NCBI GenBank assembly: GCA_963835625.1
Contig: CAWIGO010000010.1
Location: forward strand, 127,626 to 191,625
Direction: 5' to 3'
Source: an uncultured Verrucomicrobiae bacterium
GTDB lineage: Bacteria; Verrucomicrobiota; Verrucomicrobiia; Limisphaerales; UBA11358
DNA length: 64,000 nt
Below are positions 18,938 through 28,090 of the stretch, piece after piece. The stretch's first letter is position 1. Each line of letters begins with the position of its first letter. Both the position numbers and the translations under genes were made by a program. The notes under the pieces were generated by a model, which had not been told where the DNA came from, did not search any database, and saw nothing but the letters and a program-made list of their open reading frames with translations.

Positions 18938-20227
18938 TTAGCTTCTAATCTCCGCGCTTTTTCCATGCGCATCCAAACCTTCGAGTTCCGCGAATTTCTT
19001 CACAGCAGGCAGGGCTTTCCTGAGCGAGGCGCGGGTGTATTCCACCACACTCGTGCGGCGCTGGAACTGATCCACCGTCAGGCCGGCAAACGACGCGCCC
19101 GCGCCGCCAGTCGGCAGCGTGTGGCTCGGCCCGGCCACGTAATCACCCAGCACCGTCGGCGACCATGGCCCAAGGAAAATCGCACCCGCAGTCAAAATGC
19201 CCCTGGAAACCTTGCGCGGGTTGCGCGTCATCACTTCGCAATGCTCCGGCGCAAGCCGGTTCGCCAGCGCAACCGCGTCATCGAGCGTTTTCACCTGAAT
19301 CAGCCAGCTGTTGGCGTCGAGCACGCGCCGGATGAATTCGCGGCGCTCCAGCTTCGGCAATTGCCTGGCAATTTCCTTTTCGACGGCTTCCAAAATCTTA
19401 TTCGAAGTCGTCACAAGCCAGACGCGTTCGTGACCGGAGCCGTGTTCGGCCTGCGGCAATAAATCAGCCGCTATGAATTTTGGATTTGCCGTTTCGTCCG
19501 CCAGCACGAGCAGTTCACTCGGGCCGGGCAGCAAATCAATCGCGACATACCCGACGAGCAGGCGCTTGGCAGTGACGACGTAGGCATTGCCTGGTCCAAA
19601 TATCTTTTGCACCCGGCGAATCGTCCTCGTGCCGTAAGCCATTGCCGCAATCGCCTGTGCCCCGCCGACGCGGTAAATCTCCGTCGCACCTGCCGCCCGT
19701 GCCACAAAAAGCAGGGCAGGATTGATGGAGCCATCCCTGCCGCATGGCGTGCAAACGACAATTTCCGGGCAGCCCGCAACCTTCGCCAGCGTGATGGTCA
19801 TCAGCGCAGTCGAAACCAGCGGCGCTTTGCCGCCGGGGATGTAAACGCCGACGCGCTGGAACGGATCGAATTTCTCGCCCACCTTCGCGCCGTGCGAATT
19901 TTTAGTCTGCCAGTTTTTGCGCAGCGACTTTCTGGCGAAGTTCGTGATGTTTTTTCCCGCCCCGGCAATAGCGTTGCGCAAAGATTCATCGGCACCCAAC
20001 GAAGCGTTGAACAATTCTGCCTGCGTGACAGCCAGCCGATCGGCAGTGAGCTTCGCGCCGTCGAAGCGTTCCGTGAATTCCAATACCGCGTCGTCGCCGC
20101 GAATTTGCACCGCATCGAGGATGGCGCGGGTGCGCTGTTCGATGACAGGATCGAACAGGCTGGACGGCGCAGTCAGCTCCCGGAATTTTTGGGAAAAATT
20201 CGCGTCGCTGTGGCGGATGATTTTCAT
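18938..20227 (-). CDS. hisD: Histidinol dehydrogenase
   Basis: 429-aa ORF with the conserved GPGNAYV and QAEHG…E motifs of HisD. Confidence 0.95.
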   Translation of the reverse strand: MKIIRHSDANFSQKFRELTAPSSLFDPVIEQRTRAILDAVQIRGDDAVLEFTERFDGAKLTADRLAVTQAELFNASLGADESLRNAIAGAGKNITNFARKSLRKNWQTKNSHGAKVGEKFDPFQRVGVYIPGGKAPLVSTALMTITLAKVAGCPEIVVCTPCGRDGSINPALLFVARAAGATEIYRVGGAQAIAAMAYGTRTIRRVQKIFGPGNAYVVTAKRLLVGYVAIDLLPGPSELLVLADETANPKFIAADLLPQAEHGSGHERVWLVTTSNKILEAVEKEIARQLPKLERREFIRRVLDANSWLIQVKTLDDAVALANRLAPEHCEVMTRNPRKVSRGILTAGAIFLGPWSPTVLGDYVAGPSHTLPTGGAGASFAGLTVDQFQRRTSVVEYTRASLRKALPAVKKFAELEGLDAHGKSAEIRS

Positions 20228-20373
20228 GCGGGCAGGCTAAGACAAAATGAAGGCGGAAGGAAGAATAGAAAAGCTTTCAGTTTTCAGTTTCAAGTTTTCA
20301 GCTCTGAAAACTGAACTCTTGAAACTTGAAACTCTATGTTTCATCCAGACGGGATTTGTGGCAACATTTTGCC

Positions 20374-21078
20374 ATGCGCAATCCAATCATCGCCGCGCTG
20401 GATGTGCCAACCGCCGAAGCCGCGCTGGAGTTGGTCAAGAAAATCGCGCCGGTGGTCGGCGCGTTCAAGATTGGCAGCGAATTGTTCACCAGTGCCGGGC
20501 CGGATATTGTCCGGCGGATTCGCGCGACGGGGGCCGCGGTATTCCTCGACTTGAAATTCCACGACATCCCGAACACCGTCGCCAGAGCCGTCGCCTCGGC
20601 CGTGCGATTGGACGTGCAAATGCTCACCGTGCATGTCAGCGGCGGAGTGGACATGATGCGCGCGGCGGAGGAATCGGCGCAACAAACCGCGAAACAAACC
20701 GGTCACAATGCGCCGCTGGTGCTCGGCGTGACCGTGCTCACAAGCCTCTCCAGCCAGTCGTTAAGTGAAATCGGCCTTGACCCGAATGTCGCCAGCCAAG
20801 TGCGCCGGCTCGCAAACATGGCCGCCAAAGCCGGCTTGCGCGGCCTTGTCTGCTCGCCGTTGGAAGTGGCCGAGTTGCGTCAAATGTTGACTGCCGACAC
20901 TCAACTCATCACACCCGGTGTTCGCACTGGCACGGAAAAAGCCGACGACCAGAAACGCACGCTGACGCCGCGCGAAGCCATTGCCGCCGGGGCAAACTGG
21001 CTGGTGATTGGCCGCCCAATTTACGCAGCAAAAAATCCACGGGAAGCAACAGAGAAAATTCTGGAGTCTTTAAGGTAG
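20374..21078 (+). CDS. pyrF: Orotidine 5'-phosphate decarboxylase
   Basis: ATG at 20374 gives MRNPIIAALDV...FLDLKFHDIPNTV, with the catalytic DxKxxD motif. Confidence 0.9.
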   Translation: MRNPIIAALDVPTAEAALELVKKIAPVVGAFKIGSELFTSAGPDIVRRIRATGAAVFLDLKFHDIPNTVARAVASAVRLDVQMLTVHVSGGVDMMRAAEESAQQTAKQTGHNAPLVLGVTVLTSLSSQSLSEIGLDPNVASQVRRLANMAAKAGLRGLVCSPLEVAELRQMLTADTQLITPGVRTGTEKADDQKRTLTPREAIAAGANWLVIGRPIYAAKNPREATEKILESLR

Positions 21079-21086
21079 CGCGATTG

Positions 21087-22346
21087 TCAGCCCTCAAACT
21101 TTTTCGCCGCGATGCTCGCGTTGTGGCCGCCGAAACCGAAGGAATTATTGATGACGGCGTTCACCTTTAGTTCACGTGCCGTGTTGGGGACATAATCCAA
21201 ATCACATTCGGGATCGGGCACCTGATAATTGATGGTCGGCGGGACGATGCCATGTTTGATGGCGAGGGCACAGACACTCATTTCCACCGCGCCTGCCGCG
21301 CCGAGCATGTGGCCGGTTGCGCCTTTGGTGGAACTAACAGCTACCTTTTTCGCATGGTTACCGAAAACGGTTTTGATGGCCTGCGTTTCGCAAAGGTCGC
21401 CTTGTTGTGTGGATGTGCCATGAGCGTTGATGTAGGAAACGTCTTCCAGGTTCAATCCGCCATTGCGCAAAGCCATTCTCATGCAACGCACCGCACCTTC
21501 GCCTCCGGGCGATGGTGCGGTCAAATGGTAAGCGTCGGCGGTGTTTCCGTAGCCGACGATTTCGCAATAAATTTTCGCGCCGCGTTTTTTGGCGTGCTCC
21601 AATTCTTCGAGCACAATCACGCCAGCGCCTTCGCCCATGACGAAGCCGTCGCGTTCCTTGTCGAATGGCCGCGAGGCGTGTTGGGGGTCGTCGTTGCGCG
21701 TGCTCAAGGCTTTCATGGCGCAAAACCCGCCGATGCCAACGGGCATGATGGCCGCTTCCGCGCCGCCCGCGAACATCACCTGCGCGTCGCCCATTTTGAT
21801 GGCGCGCCAGGCTTCGCCGATGGCGTGGTTGGACGTTGCGCAAGCCGAACAGGTGGCGAAATTTGGGCCGCGCAAATTGTAAAACATCGAAAACAGGCCC
21901 GAGGCCATGTTGCTGATGAGCATCGGAATCATGAACGGCGACAGCCGCCCCGGCCCGCGGTTGAGCAAAACTATATGTTGCTCGGCGGTCGTTTGCAGTC
22001 CGCCGATGCCCGAACCGATGATGACACCGATTTCGTCGCGGTTTTCCTTGTCGAGGTCGAGGCCGGAATCCAGCAAGGCCTGATACCCGGCATAGATGCC
22101 AAATTGCGAATAACGATCCGTGCGACGGATTTCCTTCGGCGACGGGAACGCGGGCGTGGGATCAAAATTTTTCACCTCACCGGCGATTTGCGAATCGAAC
22201 GGTGTCGCGTCAAAGGAACTGATCCGGTCAATGCCGCATTTGCCGGCGAGGAGGTTGTTCCAGAAAATGTCGACTTGATGTCCCAGTGGCGTCACCACGC
22301 CAAGGCCGGTGACGACGACACGGAGTTTTGTTAAATGGCTTGCCAT
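21087..22346 (-). CDS. fabF: 3-oxoacyl-ACP synthase II
   Basis: 419-aa ORF. Active-site ACATS, and later HGTSTxxGD and GHxLGAAG motifs. Confidence 0.95.
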   Translation of the reverse strand: MASHLTKLRVVVTGLGVVTPLGHQVDIFWNNLLAGKCGIDRISSFDATPFDSQIAGEVKNFDPTPAFPSPKEIRRTDRYSQFGIYAGYQALLDSGLDLDKENRDEIGVIIGSGIGGLQTTAEQHIVLLNRGPGRLSPFMIPMLISNMASGLFSMFYNLRGPNFATCSACATSNHAIGEAWRAIKMGDAQVMFAGGAEAAIMPVGIGGFCAMKALSTRNDDPQHASRPFDKERDGFVMGEGAGVIVLEELEHAKKRGAKIYCEIVGYGNTADAYHLTAPSPGGEGAVRCMRMALRNGGLNLEDVSYINAHGTSTQQGDLCETQAIKTVFGNHAKKVAVSSTKGATGHMLGAAGAVEMSVCALAIKHGIVPPTINYQVPDPECDLDYVPNTARELKVNAVINNSFGFGGHNASIAAKKFEG

Positions 22347-22349
22347 AAA

Positions 22350-22394
22350 AAATCAAACGGGGCAGTTCAAGCCGAATCCAGCTGAAACTGCCCC
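22350..22394 (-). terminator. Hairpin plus T-rich tail between acpP and fabF (attenuator/terminator-like)
   Basis: GGGGCAGTT (22359..22367) pairs with AACTGCCCC (22386..22394). On the minus strand the stem is followed by GTTTGATTTTTT. Confidence 0.55.
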
Positions 22395-22413
22395 GAAGCA
22401 CTCAAGGTCGCAA

Positions 22414-22659
22414 CTATTTTTGCTGATGTTCCTCGATGTATTTGACCACGTCGCCGACCGTCGCGAGTTTTTCGGCCTGTTCATCCGGCACTTCGATGCC
22501 GAATTCCTCCTCCAGCGCCATGATCAACTCGACTGTATCGAGCGAATCCGCGCCGAGGTCTTCGATGAATTTCGCCTCCGGCGTCACTTGATCCGGCTTC
22601 ACACCGAGCTGTTCAACGATGATGTCCTTTACCCGTTGTTCAATAGGTTTGTCAGCCAT
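22414..22659 (-). CDS. acpP: Acyl carrier protein
   Basis: 81-aa ORF with the [19 protein letters not shown] phosphopantetheine-attachment motif. Confidence 0.95.
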   Translation of the reverse strand: MADKPIEQRVKDIIVEQLGVKPDQVTPEAKFIEDLGADSLDTVELIMALEEEFGIEVPDEQAEKLATVGDVVKYIEEHQQK

Positions 22660-22730
22660 AAGTTAGTTTTGACCCGTCTCTATGCCATGAACGCCAAAAT
22701 CGTCAAGCCTTGAATCATAAATTTTTTCAA

Positions 22731-23474
22731 TTACATCACCATCCCGCCGTCCACCGCCAAAACCTGCCCGGTGACGTAACGCGCCGCCGGGCTGGCGAAA
22801 AATAGTGCCACCTCCGCCACGTCCTCCGGCTGGCCCAGACTGGCCAGCGGAATCTGTTTGAGCAAGGCGGCACGCGCCTCCGGGCTGAGCGCCTCGGTCA
22901 TCTTGGTTTCGATGAACCCGGGAGCGATGGCGTTCGCGGTGATGCCACGCGATGCCAGTTCCCGCGCGACGGACTTTGTGAAGCCGATGACTCCGGCCTT
23001 GCTCGCCGCGTAATTGCACTGGCCGGCATTGCCGATCAAGCCGATCACCGAGGCGATGTTGACGATGCGGCCGGATTTCTGTTTCAGGAATGCGCGGCTG
23101 AATGCCTTGGTGAACAGGAATGTTCCCTTGAGATTGATGTCCAGCACGGCGTCCCAATCCGCCTCGCTCATGCGCATAAGCAGGCCGTCCTTGGTGATGC
23201 CGGCGTTGTTCACGAGGATGTCCACCTTCCCAGCTGCAGCCAAGATTTGTTCCACCGCCGAGTCCACGCTGGCGGCCTCGGACACGTTGGCGGCCACCGC
23301 CCAAGCCTTGCGCCCAAGCTTACAGACTTCCGCAACCGTTTCCTGCACAAACTCGGTTTTCAGGTCCACGGCCACGATGTCAGCTCCATGAGCGGCGAAT
23401 TTCAACGCGATGGCGCGGCCAATACCCCGGCCCGCGCCGGTGACGACGGCGACTTGATTCTCAAGTTGTTTCAT
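22731..23474 (-). CDS. fabG: 3-oxoacyl-ACP reductase
   Basis: SDR with [18 protein letters not shown] and YAASKAG motifs, sitting in the fab operon. Confidence 0.95.
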   Translation of the reverse strand: MKQLENQVAVVTGAGRGIGRAIALKFAAHGADIVAVDLKTEFVQETVAEVCKLGRKAWAVAANVSEAASVDSAVEQILAAAGKVDILVNNAGITKDGLLMRMSEADWDAVLDINLKGTFLFTKAFSRAFLKQKSGRIVNIASVIGLIGNAGQCNYAASKAGVIGFTKSVARELASRGITANAIAPGFIETKMTEALSPEARAALLKQIPLASLGQPEDVAEVALFFASPAARYVTGQVLAVDGGMVM

Positions 23475-23531
23475 AACGGCGATTGTTTAACCACGAATGC
23501 ACACGAATGCACACGAAAAATTTAACCGCGA

Positions 23532-24455
23532 CTAGACGGCTTTCGCCGTCGCTTCCAGACTCGCCACGTCCGCCACGTTGAGCATCTGCGCATTCTTATC
23601 AATGCGCTTCATGAACCCGCTCAATGCCGTGCCGGGGCCGAGTTCAATGAACCGCGTGAACCTTTGCGCGAGCAGGTAACGCATGGATTTTTCCCACAGC
23701 ACCGATGAGGTCACTTGCTCGACAAGCCGCGTGGAAATTTCCGCCGCGCCACCGTGTGGCTGCCCCATGACGTTTGAAATCACAGACACGACCGGCGACG
23801 ATAATTTCATTTTGGCCAATTCAGCCTGAAGTTTCGGCTGCGCGCCGGCCATGAGCGGCGAGTGATAGGCGCCGGCGACTGGCAGCGAAATCGCGCGTTT
23901 TGCGCCCTTGGCTTTGGCGAGTTTGACGGCTTTGGCGATCTTGTCCGTCTCGCCGGAAATCACAAGCTGGCCGGGACAATTCAGGTTCGCCAGCACCACG
24001 CCCGCTTCGGCACAAACCTCGCGCGTGAGCGTTTCGTCCAAGCCGATGACCGCCGCCATGCCGCCACGCGTGGCATCGCAGGCTTCCTGCATGAATCGTC
24101 CGCGGTGGCGCACCACGCGCAGGCCGTCCTCAAAACTCATCACGCCCGCCGCCGCGAGCGCCGTGAATTCGCCAAGGGATAAACCCGCCGTGGCCTCAAA
24201 CTTGAGCGAAGGCGCGTGTTCCTTGAGCAACTGAAACGCAACCCAGCTCACGAGAAAAATTCCCGGCTGCGCGTTTTCGGTCTTGGCCAGTTCGGCTTCC
24301 GGACCGTTAAAACAAACCGAAGCAAGGTCGTAGCCGAGCGCGACGTTGGCGCGGTCGAACCAGGCTTTGGCCGAAGGAAATTTTTCGGCGAGGTTTTTGC
24401 CCATGCCGACGGCTTGCGCGCCTTGTCCGGCAAACAGCAATGCGGTTTTGGTCAT
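23532..24455 (-). CDS. fabD: Malonyl-CoA:ACP transacylase
   Basis: ATG at 24455 gives MTKTALLFAGQGAQ, with the active-site GLSLGEF. Confidence 0.9.
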   Translation of the reverse strand: MTKTALLFAGQGAQAVGMGKNLAEKFPSAKAWFDRANVALGYDLASVCFNGPEAELAKTENAQPGIFLVSWVAFQLLKEHAPSLKFEATAGLSLGEFTALAAAGVMSFEDGLRVVRHRGRFMQEACDATRGGMAAVIGLDETLTREVCAEAGVVLANLNCPGQLVISGETDKIAKAVKLAKAKGAKRAISLPVAGAYHSPLMAGAQPKLQAELAKMKLSSPVVSVISNVMGQPHGGAAEISTRLVEQVTSSVLWEKSMRYLLAQRFTRFIELGPGTALSGFMKRIDKNAQMLNVADVASLEATAKAV

Positions 24456-24524
24456 AAAACAGGTGTCAGGTGTCACGTGTCAAGAATTTGCAACACGTGA
24501 CGCTTGGCGCATGAAACTTGACAC

Positions 24525-25088
24525 TCATTTTCGCTGATACGTTCCCATCAACTGCCCTTCGGCGAGGATGTGGCTTTGCATCACTTTTAGCACGTCGCTC
24601 TTTGTTGCGCCCGGCTTGAGATCGAGCAGCGTGTCAAGCGCGTAAATCTTGAAAAAGTAGCGGTGTGGCTTGCCGCGCGGCGGACACGGCCCGTCGTAAC
24701 CCAGGTGCGGCCAACTGTTCAACCCCTGTTTCGCACCGCCGGGCAGTTGTGGCGACTTGGGAGTGTTCTCGGCGAGTTCGGTTGTGGTCGCCGGCAAATC
24801 GTAAATCACCCAATGCACCCACGTGCCGGCCGGCGCGTCTGGATCGTCGGCGATAAGAGCGAAACTCTTCGTGTTCGCGGGCGCGTTTGACCATTTCAAC
24901 GGCGGCGACACATCCTGTCCGTCACAAGTGTATTTCGCCGGAATCGGCTGGCCGCTGGCAAAGGCGGTGCTGGCGATTTGAATATTCATGGTTTTACCTC
25001 CGGTGGATTTTGGGTTGTCCGCGCCGCAGGCCACGCCGAAAACAGCAAGCCAAAGCGCAACAGGGAACATTTTGATCCGCACATTCAT
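24525..25088 (-). CDS. YbhB/YbcL-family phosphatidylethanolamine-binding (PEBP) protein, secreted
   Basis: ATG at 25088 gives a signal peptide. DDPDAPAGTWVHWVIYDLP and PPRGKPHRYFFKIYALD are PEBP signatures. Confidence 0.85.
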   Translation of the reverse strand: MNVRIKMFPVALWLAVFGVACGADNPKSTGGKTMNIQIASTAFASGQPIPAKYTCDGQDVSPPLKWSNAPANTKSFALIADDPDAPAGTWVHWVIYDLPATTTELAENTPKSPQLPGGAKQGLNSWPHLGYDGPCPPRGKPHRYFFKIYALDTLLDLKPGATKSDVLKVMQSHILAEGQLMGTYQRK

Positions 25089-25151
25089 GGCTTGATTTTG
25101 GCAGTCACGCGCCGCTTGTTCAAGCATATCGCTCCGGTTTAAGTTGTCCGC

Positions 25152-26060
25152 GTGACGGTTCTTGAAGCGATTCAGAAGAGCGCGGATTTTCTGGCCCAAA
25201 AGGGCGTGGAATCACCGCGCCTGCAAATCGAACTCTTGCTCGCGCATTTGCTCAAAATGCCGCGAATGAAGTTGTATCTGAATTTCGAGCGTGCGCTCAC
25301 GCCGACAGAAGTGGATGCGTTGCGTGAGATGGTCAAACGCCGGGGGCAACGCGAACCACTTCAGCACATTGTCGGCTCAACTTCATTCTGCGGACTTGAG
25401 ATCGCTGTGAACCCCCACGCGCTCGCGCCACGACCGGAAACCGAACTGCTGGCCGAACTCGGGTGGCGGTTTCTTCAAGGTAGGGCGGGTTCTCCGCAGC
25501 CCGCCGCGGCGTCCCGCTCTGCGGGAGAGAACGCGCCCTATCAAGATTTGCATGCTTTGGATTTCGGCACGGGCACCGGCTGCATCGCCATCGTGCTAGC
25601 GGTGAAGTGTCCGAATGCAAAAATCGTCGCGACGGACACTTCGGCGGACGCACTCGCGTTGGCCAAACAAAACGCCGTCCGGCACAATGTCACCGAGCAA
25701 ATCCAATTTCAACAAAGCGACGGTTTTGCCGCATTGTCCGGCAACGCGCGCTTCGACCTCATCATCAGTAATCCGCCTTATATTCCGTCCTCCGAAATTA
25801 TCACTCTTCAGCCAGAAGTCCGCGATTTTGACCCGCGCGTTGCGCTCGACGGCGGCACGGACGGCCTGGATTTTTACCGTTTGATTGCGGCGCACGCAGC
25901 GGCGTTTTTGAAATCGGACGGGAAAATCATGCTTGAATTCAGCGATGGCCAGGCTCAAGCAGTTCGGAAAATTTTTGGAAACGAAAAGTGGATTGTCGAA
26001 GTGGTGAAGGAAGATTACAGTCACCGCGAAAGATTTTTAATTGTGTCGTTGAATCGTTGA
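25152..26060 (+). CDS. prmC: Release-factor glutamine N5-methyltransferase
   Basis: PLQHIVGSTSFCGLEI, DFGTGTGCIA (SAM motif) and ISNPPYIPS (NPPY). Contains an extra segment encoded by the element at 25480..25541. Confidence 0.9.
   Translation: MTVLEAIQKSADFLAQKGVESPRLQIELLLAHLLKMPRMKLYLNFERALTPTEVDALREMVKRRGQREPLQHIVGSTSFCGLEIAVNPHALAPRPETELLAELGWRFLQGRAGSPQPAAASRSAGENAPYQDLHALDFGTGTGCIAIVLAVKCPNAKIVATDTSADALALAKQNAVRHNVTEQIQFQQSDGFAALSGNARFDLIISNPPYIPSSEIITLQPEVRDFDPRVALDGGTDGLDFYRLIAAHAAAFLKSDGKIMLEFSDGQAQAVRKIFGNEKWIVEVVKEDYSHRERFLIVSLNR
25480..25541. repeat. GTAGGG…CCCTA palindromic element inside the prmC coding sequence
   Basis: The outer inverted repeat is GGTAGGGCG / CGCCCTATC. The internal hairpins are GGCGGG-TTCTCCGCAG-CCCGCC and GTCCCGC-TCT-GCGGGA. 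It encodes …QGRAGSPQPAAASRSAGENAPYQ… just upstream of the SAM-binding DFGTGTG. Confidence 0.8.
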
Positions 26061-26095
26061 ATCGTTAAATTGGTTTAACGGTTTAACGGTTTGAC
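26048..26095 (+). other. Strand-specific RNA hairpin built from tandem octamers (CGTTGAAT x2 / GGTTTAAC x2)
   Basis: 26048..26069 pairs with 26074..26095 as 22 bp around a UUGG loop. Five of the pairs are G-U wobbles, so the stem is intact only in the + strand transcript. It spans the prmC stop (26058..26060) and ends 5 nt before the murA ATG. Confidence 0.6.
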
Positions 26096-26100
26096 AACAG

Positions 26101-27402
26101 ATGGAAAGTTTTTTGATCAAAGGCGGCGTGCCATTGCACGGCGAGGTGACGATTAGCGGCAGCAAAAATGCCGCGTTGCCCATTATGGCGGCTGCGTTGC
26201 TGACCGACGAACCGTGCGTCATCCGTGGTGTGCCCGACCTCAGCGACACGCGGTTCATGACGCAGATTCTCGAATCGCTCGGCGCCAGCACTCAATTTGA
26301 AAACGGCACGGTAACCGTTCGCGCGCAGAAAATTCGCGGCTACGGCGACTACGAACTCGTTCGCAAAATGCGTGGTTCGGTTTGCATCATGGGGCCGCTG
26401 TTGGGGCGGCTGAAAAAGGCGCGCGTGGCGCTGCCCGGTGGCTGTATTATCGGCGCACGGCCCATCAATCTTCACTTGAAAGGTTTTGAAGCGCTTGGCG
26501 CGAAAATCGAAATCGAAGGCGGTTACGTCAGCGCATCTGCGAAACAACTCACTGGTTCACCGATGTTCCTCGGCGGGCGCGCAGGCTCGACCGCTCTCGG
26601 CACGGCAAATGTGATGATGGCGGCGACACTGGCTGAAGGCGTGACGGTCATTGAAGGCGCGGCATGCGAGCCGGAACTCGTGGACCTGGCAAAGTTCCTG
26701 AACGCGATGGGCGCGAAAATTTCCGGCGCGGGCAGTCCGACGATTACGATTACGGGCGTCAAAAAACTGCATGGCGCGGAGCATGAAGTAATTCCCGACC
26801 GGATTGAGGCGGCGACTTACGCGATTGCCGCCGCCGCGACGAACGGCGAAGTGACGCTCAAAGGCGCACGCGCCGATCACATGGGCGCGGTGATTGACAA
26901 ACTGAATGGGGCAGGTGTTGCCGTTGAAAAACGCGGCGTAAATTTATTGGTTCATCGAAGCGGAAAACTTTCGCCGGCGGACGTGACGACGCTGCCGTAT
27001 GCGGGGTTTCCAACAGACGTGCAGGCGCAGATGATGTCGCTGCTCGCGCTCGCGCCGGGCATCAGCATCATCACGGAACGGATTTTTGAATCGCGTTTCA
27101 TGCACGTGAGCGAACTGGCGCGGCTCGGTGCGGACATCGAGATTGAGGGACCGAGCGCAATTGTCAAAGGCGGCAAACCGTTGAGCGGTGCGCCGGTGAT
27201 GGCGAGCGATTTGCGCGCGTCGGCAGCGCTGGTGATTGCCGGTTTGGCTGCCAAAGGCACGACGCAGGTGAATCGCGTTTATCACATTGACCGCGGCTAC
27301 GAAAATATTGACCGCAAGCTGCAACAACTCGGCGCGCGGATTCGGCGCGTTGAGGAAAATTCGCAGGAGCGCGAACAGTTTTTACGTCAAGCTAAAGCTT
27401 GA
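26101..27402 (+). CDS. murA: UDP-N-acetylglucosamine 1-carboxyvinyltransferase
   Basis: 433-aa ORF. ISGSKNAALPIMAAALL, and a catalytic-loop region LPGGCIIGARPINLHL containing the Cys. Confidence 0.95.
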   Translation: MESFLIKGGVPLHGEVTISGSKNAALPIMAAALLTDEPCVIRGVPDLSDTRFMTQILESLGASTQFENGTVTVRAQKIRGYGDYELVRKMRGSVCIMGPLLGRLKKARVALPGGCIIGARPINLHLKGFEALGAKIEIEGGYVSASAKQLTGSPMFLGGRAGSTALGTANVMMAATLAEGVTVIEGAACEPELVDLAKFLNAMGAKISGAGSPTITITGVKKLHGAEHEVIPDRIEAATYAIAAAATNGEVTLKGARADHMGAVIDKLNGAGVAVEKRGVNLLVHRSGKLSPADVTTLPYAGFPTDVQAQMMSLLALAPGISIITERIFESRFMHVSELARLGADIEIEGPSAIVKGGKPLSGAPVMASDLRASAALVIAGLAAKGTTQVNRVYHIDRGYENIDRKLQQLGARIRRVEENSQEREQFLRQAKA

Positions 27403-27448
27403 ACTCCAACACGGACAAGCTGTCCGTGCTCCGAACCATTCCCCACAA

Positions 27449-27525
27449 AGAAAAAAGGCGTGGCGAGAAGCTGTTGGCACAGGTGTGATTTTTCACCCGC
27501 GTAAACAGCTTTCCACACACGCCTT
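27449..27525 (-). terminator. Intrinsic terminator for the 27552..27890 gene
   Basis: AAGGCGTG (27455..27462) pairs with CACGCCTT (27518..27525), with the inner pair AAGCTGTT/AACAGCTT. On the minus strand the stem is followed by TTTTTTCTTTG. Confidence 0.6.
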
Positions 27526-27551
27526 CGTCTCCACTTTAAATCGGCGCGGTT

Positions 27552-27890
27552 TCATACGGCGGGAAATTCGCGGCCGTTCTTAAAAATGCGCGCCTGGCGC
27601 TGGGCGTGGCGGACGGCAGTCGCAGTTTTTTCCTCGAACAGCACCGGAAACACCAGCAATGGGTATAGCGCCGCCCATGCCAGTGCCGCTGCTTCGTTGG
27701 CTGCGCGCCGCAATGGAGTGTTCAATTCCGGCGCCGGTATTTCGGCCAATCGTTGCGTAAGCAACTGGTTTTTGAGCCGTTCGAATTCATTTTCCTGTGT
27801 GGCTCGAAACGACGCCAGCGGTCCCGTTCGCAACTCGAACCGTGTTTCGGAGACGAACTTTGTCGGCGCCCGTGTTTGATTTCTGTTCAT
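27552..27890 (-). CDS. Hypothetical protein (112 aa)
   Basis: ATG preceded by AAGGAAAG and followed by its own terminator. I recognise no motif. Confidence 0.55.
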   Translation of the reverse strand: MNRNQTRAPTKFVSETRFELRTGPLASFRATQENEFERLKNQLLTQRLAEIPAPELNTPLRRAANEAAALAWAALYPLLVFPVLFEEKTATAVRHAQRQARIFKNGREFPAV

Positions 27891-27919
27891 GTCTTTCCTT
27901 TCGTTTTCGGTTTTGGGTT

Positions 27920-27964
27920 AAAAAACAGGAAACCCGCGACTGACTGGCAATCGCGGGTTTCCTG
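27920..27964 (-). terminator. Intrinsic terminator downstream of the 35-codon ORF
   Basis: CAGGAAACCCGCGA (27926..27939) pairs with TCGCGGGTTTCCTG (27951..27964). On the minus strand it is followed by TTTTTT. Confidence 0.7.
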
Positions 27965-27982
27965 AAAAATTTGCCGTTTTAT

Positions 27983-28090
27983 TTAGAATTTTGTTCCCAC
28001 GACGCCAAGATCAAAGCCATTGCGCTGCCAAATAGACATGCATCCATCGGCTTGCACATGCTTCAGAGTTGGAACAACCGTGATTTTCAT
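27983..28090 (-). CDS. Possible small protein (35 aa, MKITVVPTLKHVQADGCMSIWQRNGFDLGVVGTKF)
   Basis: An ATG…TAA ORF found by hand and absent from the track. A strong terminator lies about 20 nt downstream. There is no convincing Shine-Dalgarno sequence. Confidence 0.25.
   Translation of the reverse strand: MKITVVPTLKHVQADGCMSIWQRNGFDLGVVGTKF

Noticed and set aside
23492-26095. CRISPR-like arrays among the tandem-word tracts (23492..23517, 24461..24481, 26046..26095)
   Set aside because: The repeat units are only 7-10 nt with 2-3 copies and no spacers. No cas genes are present.
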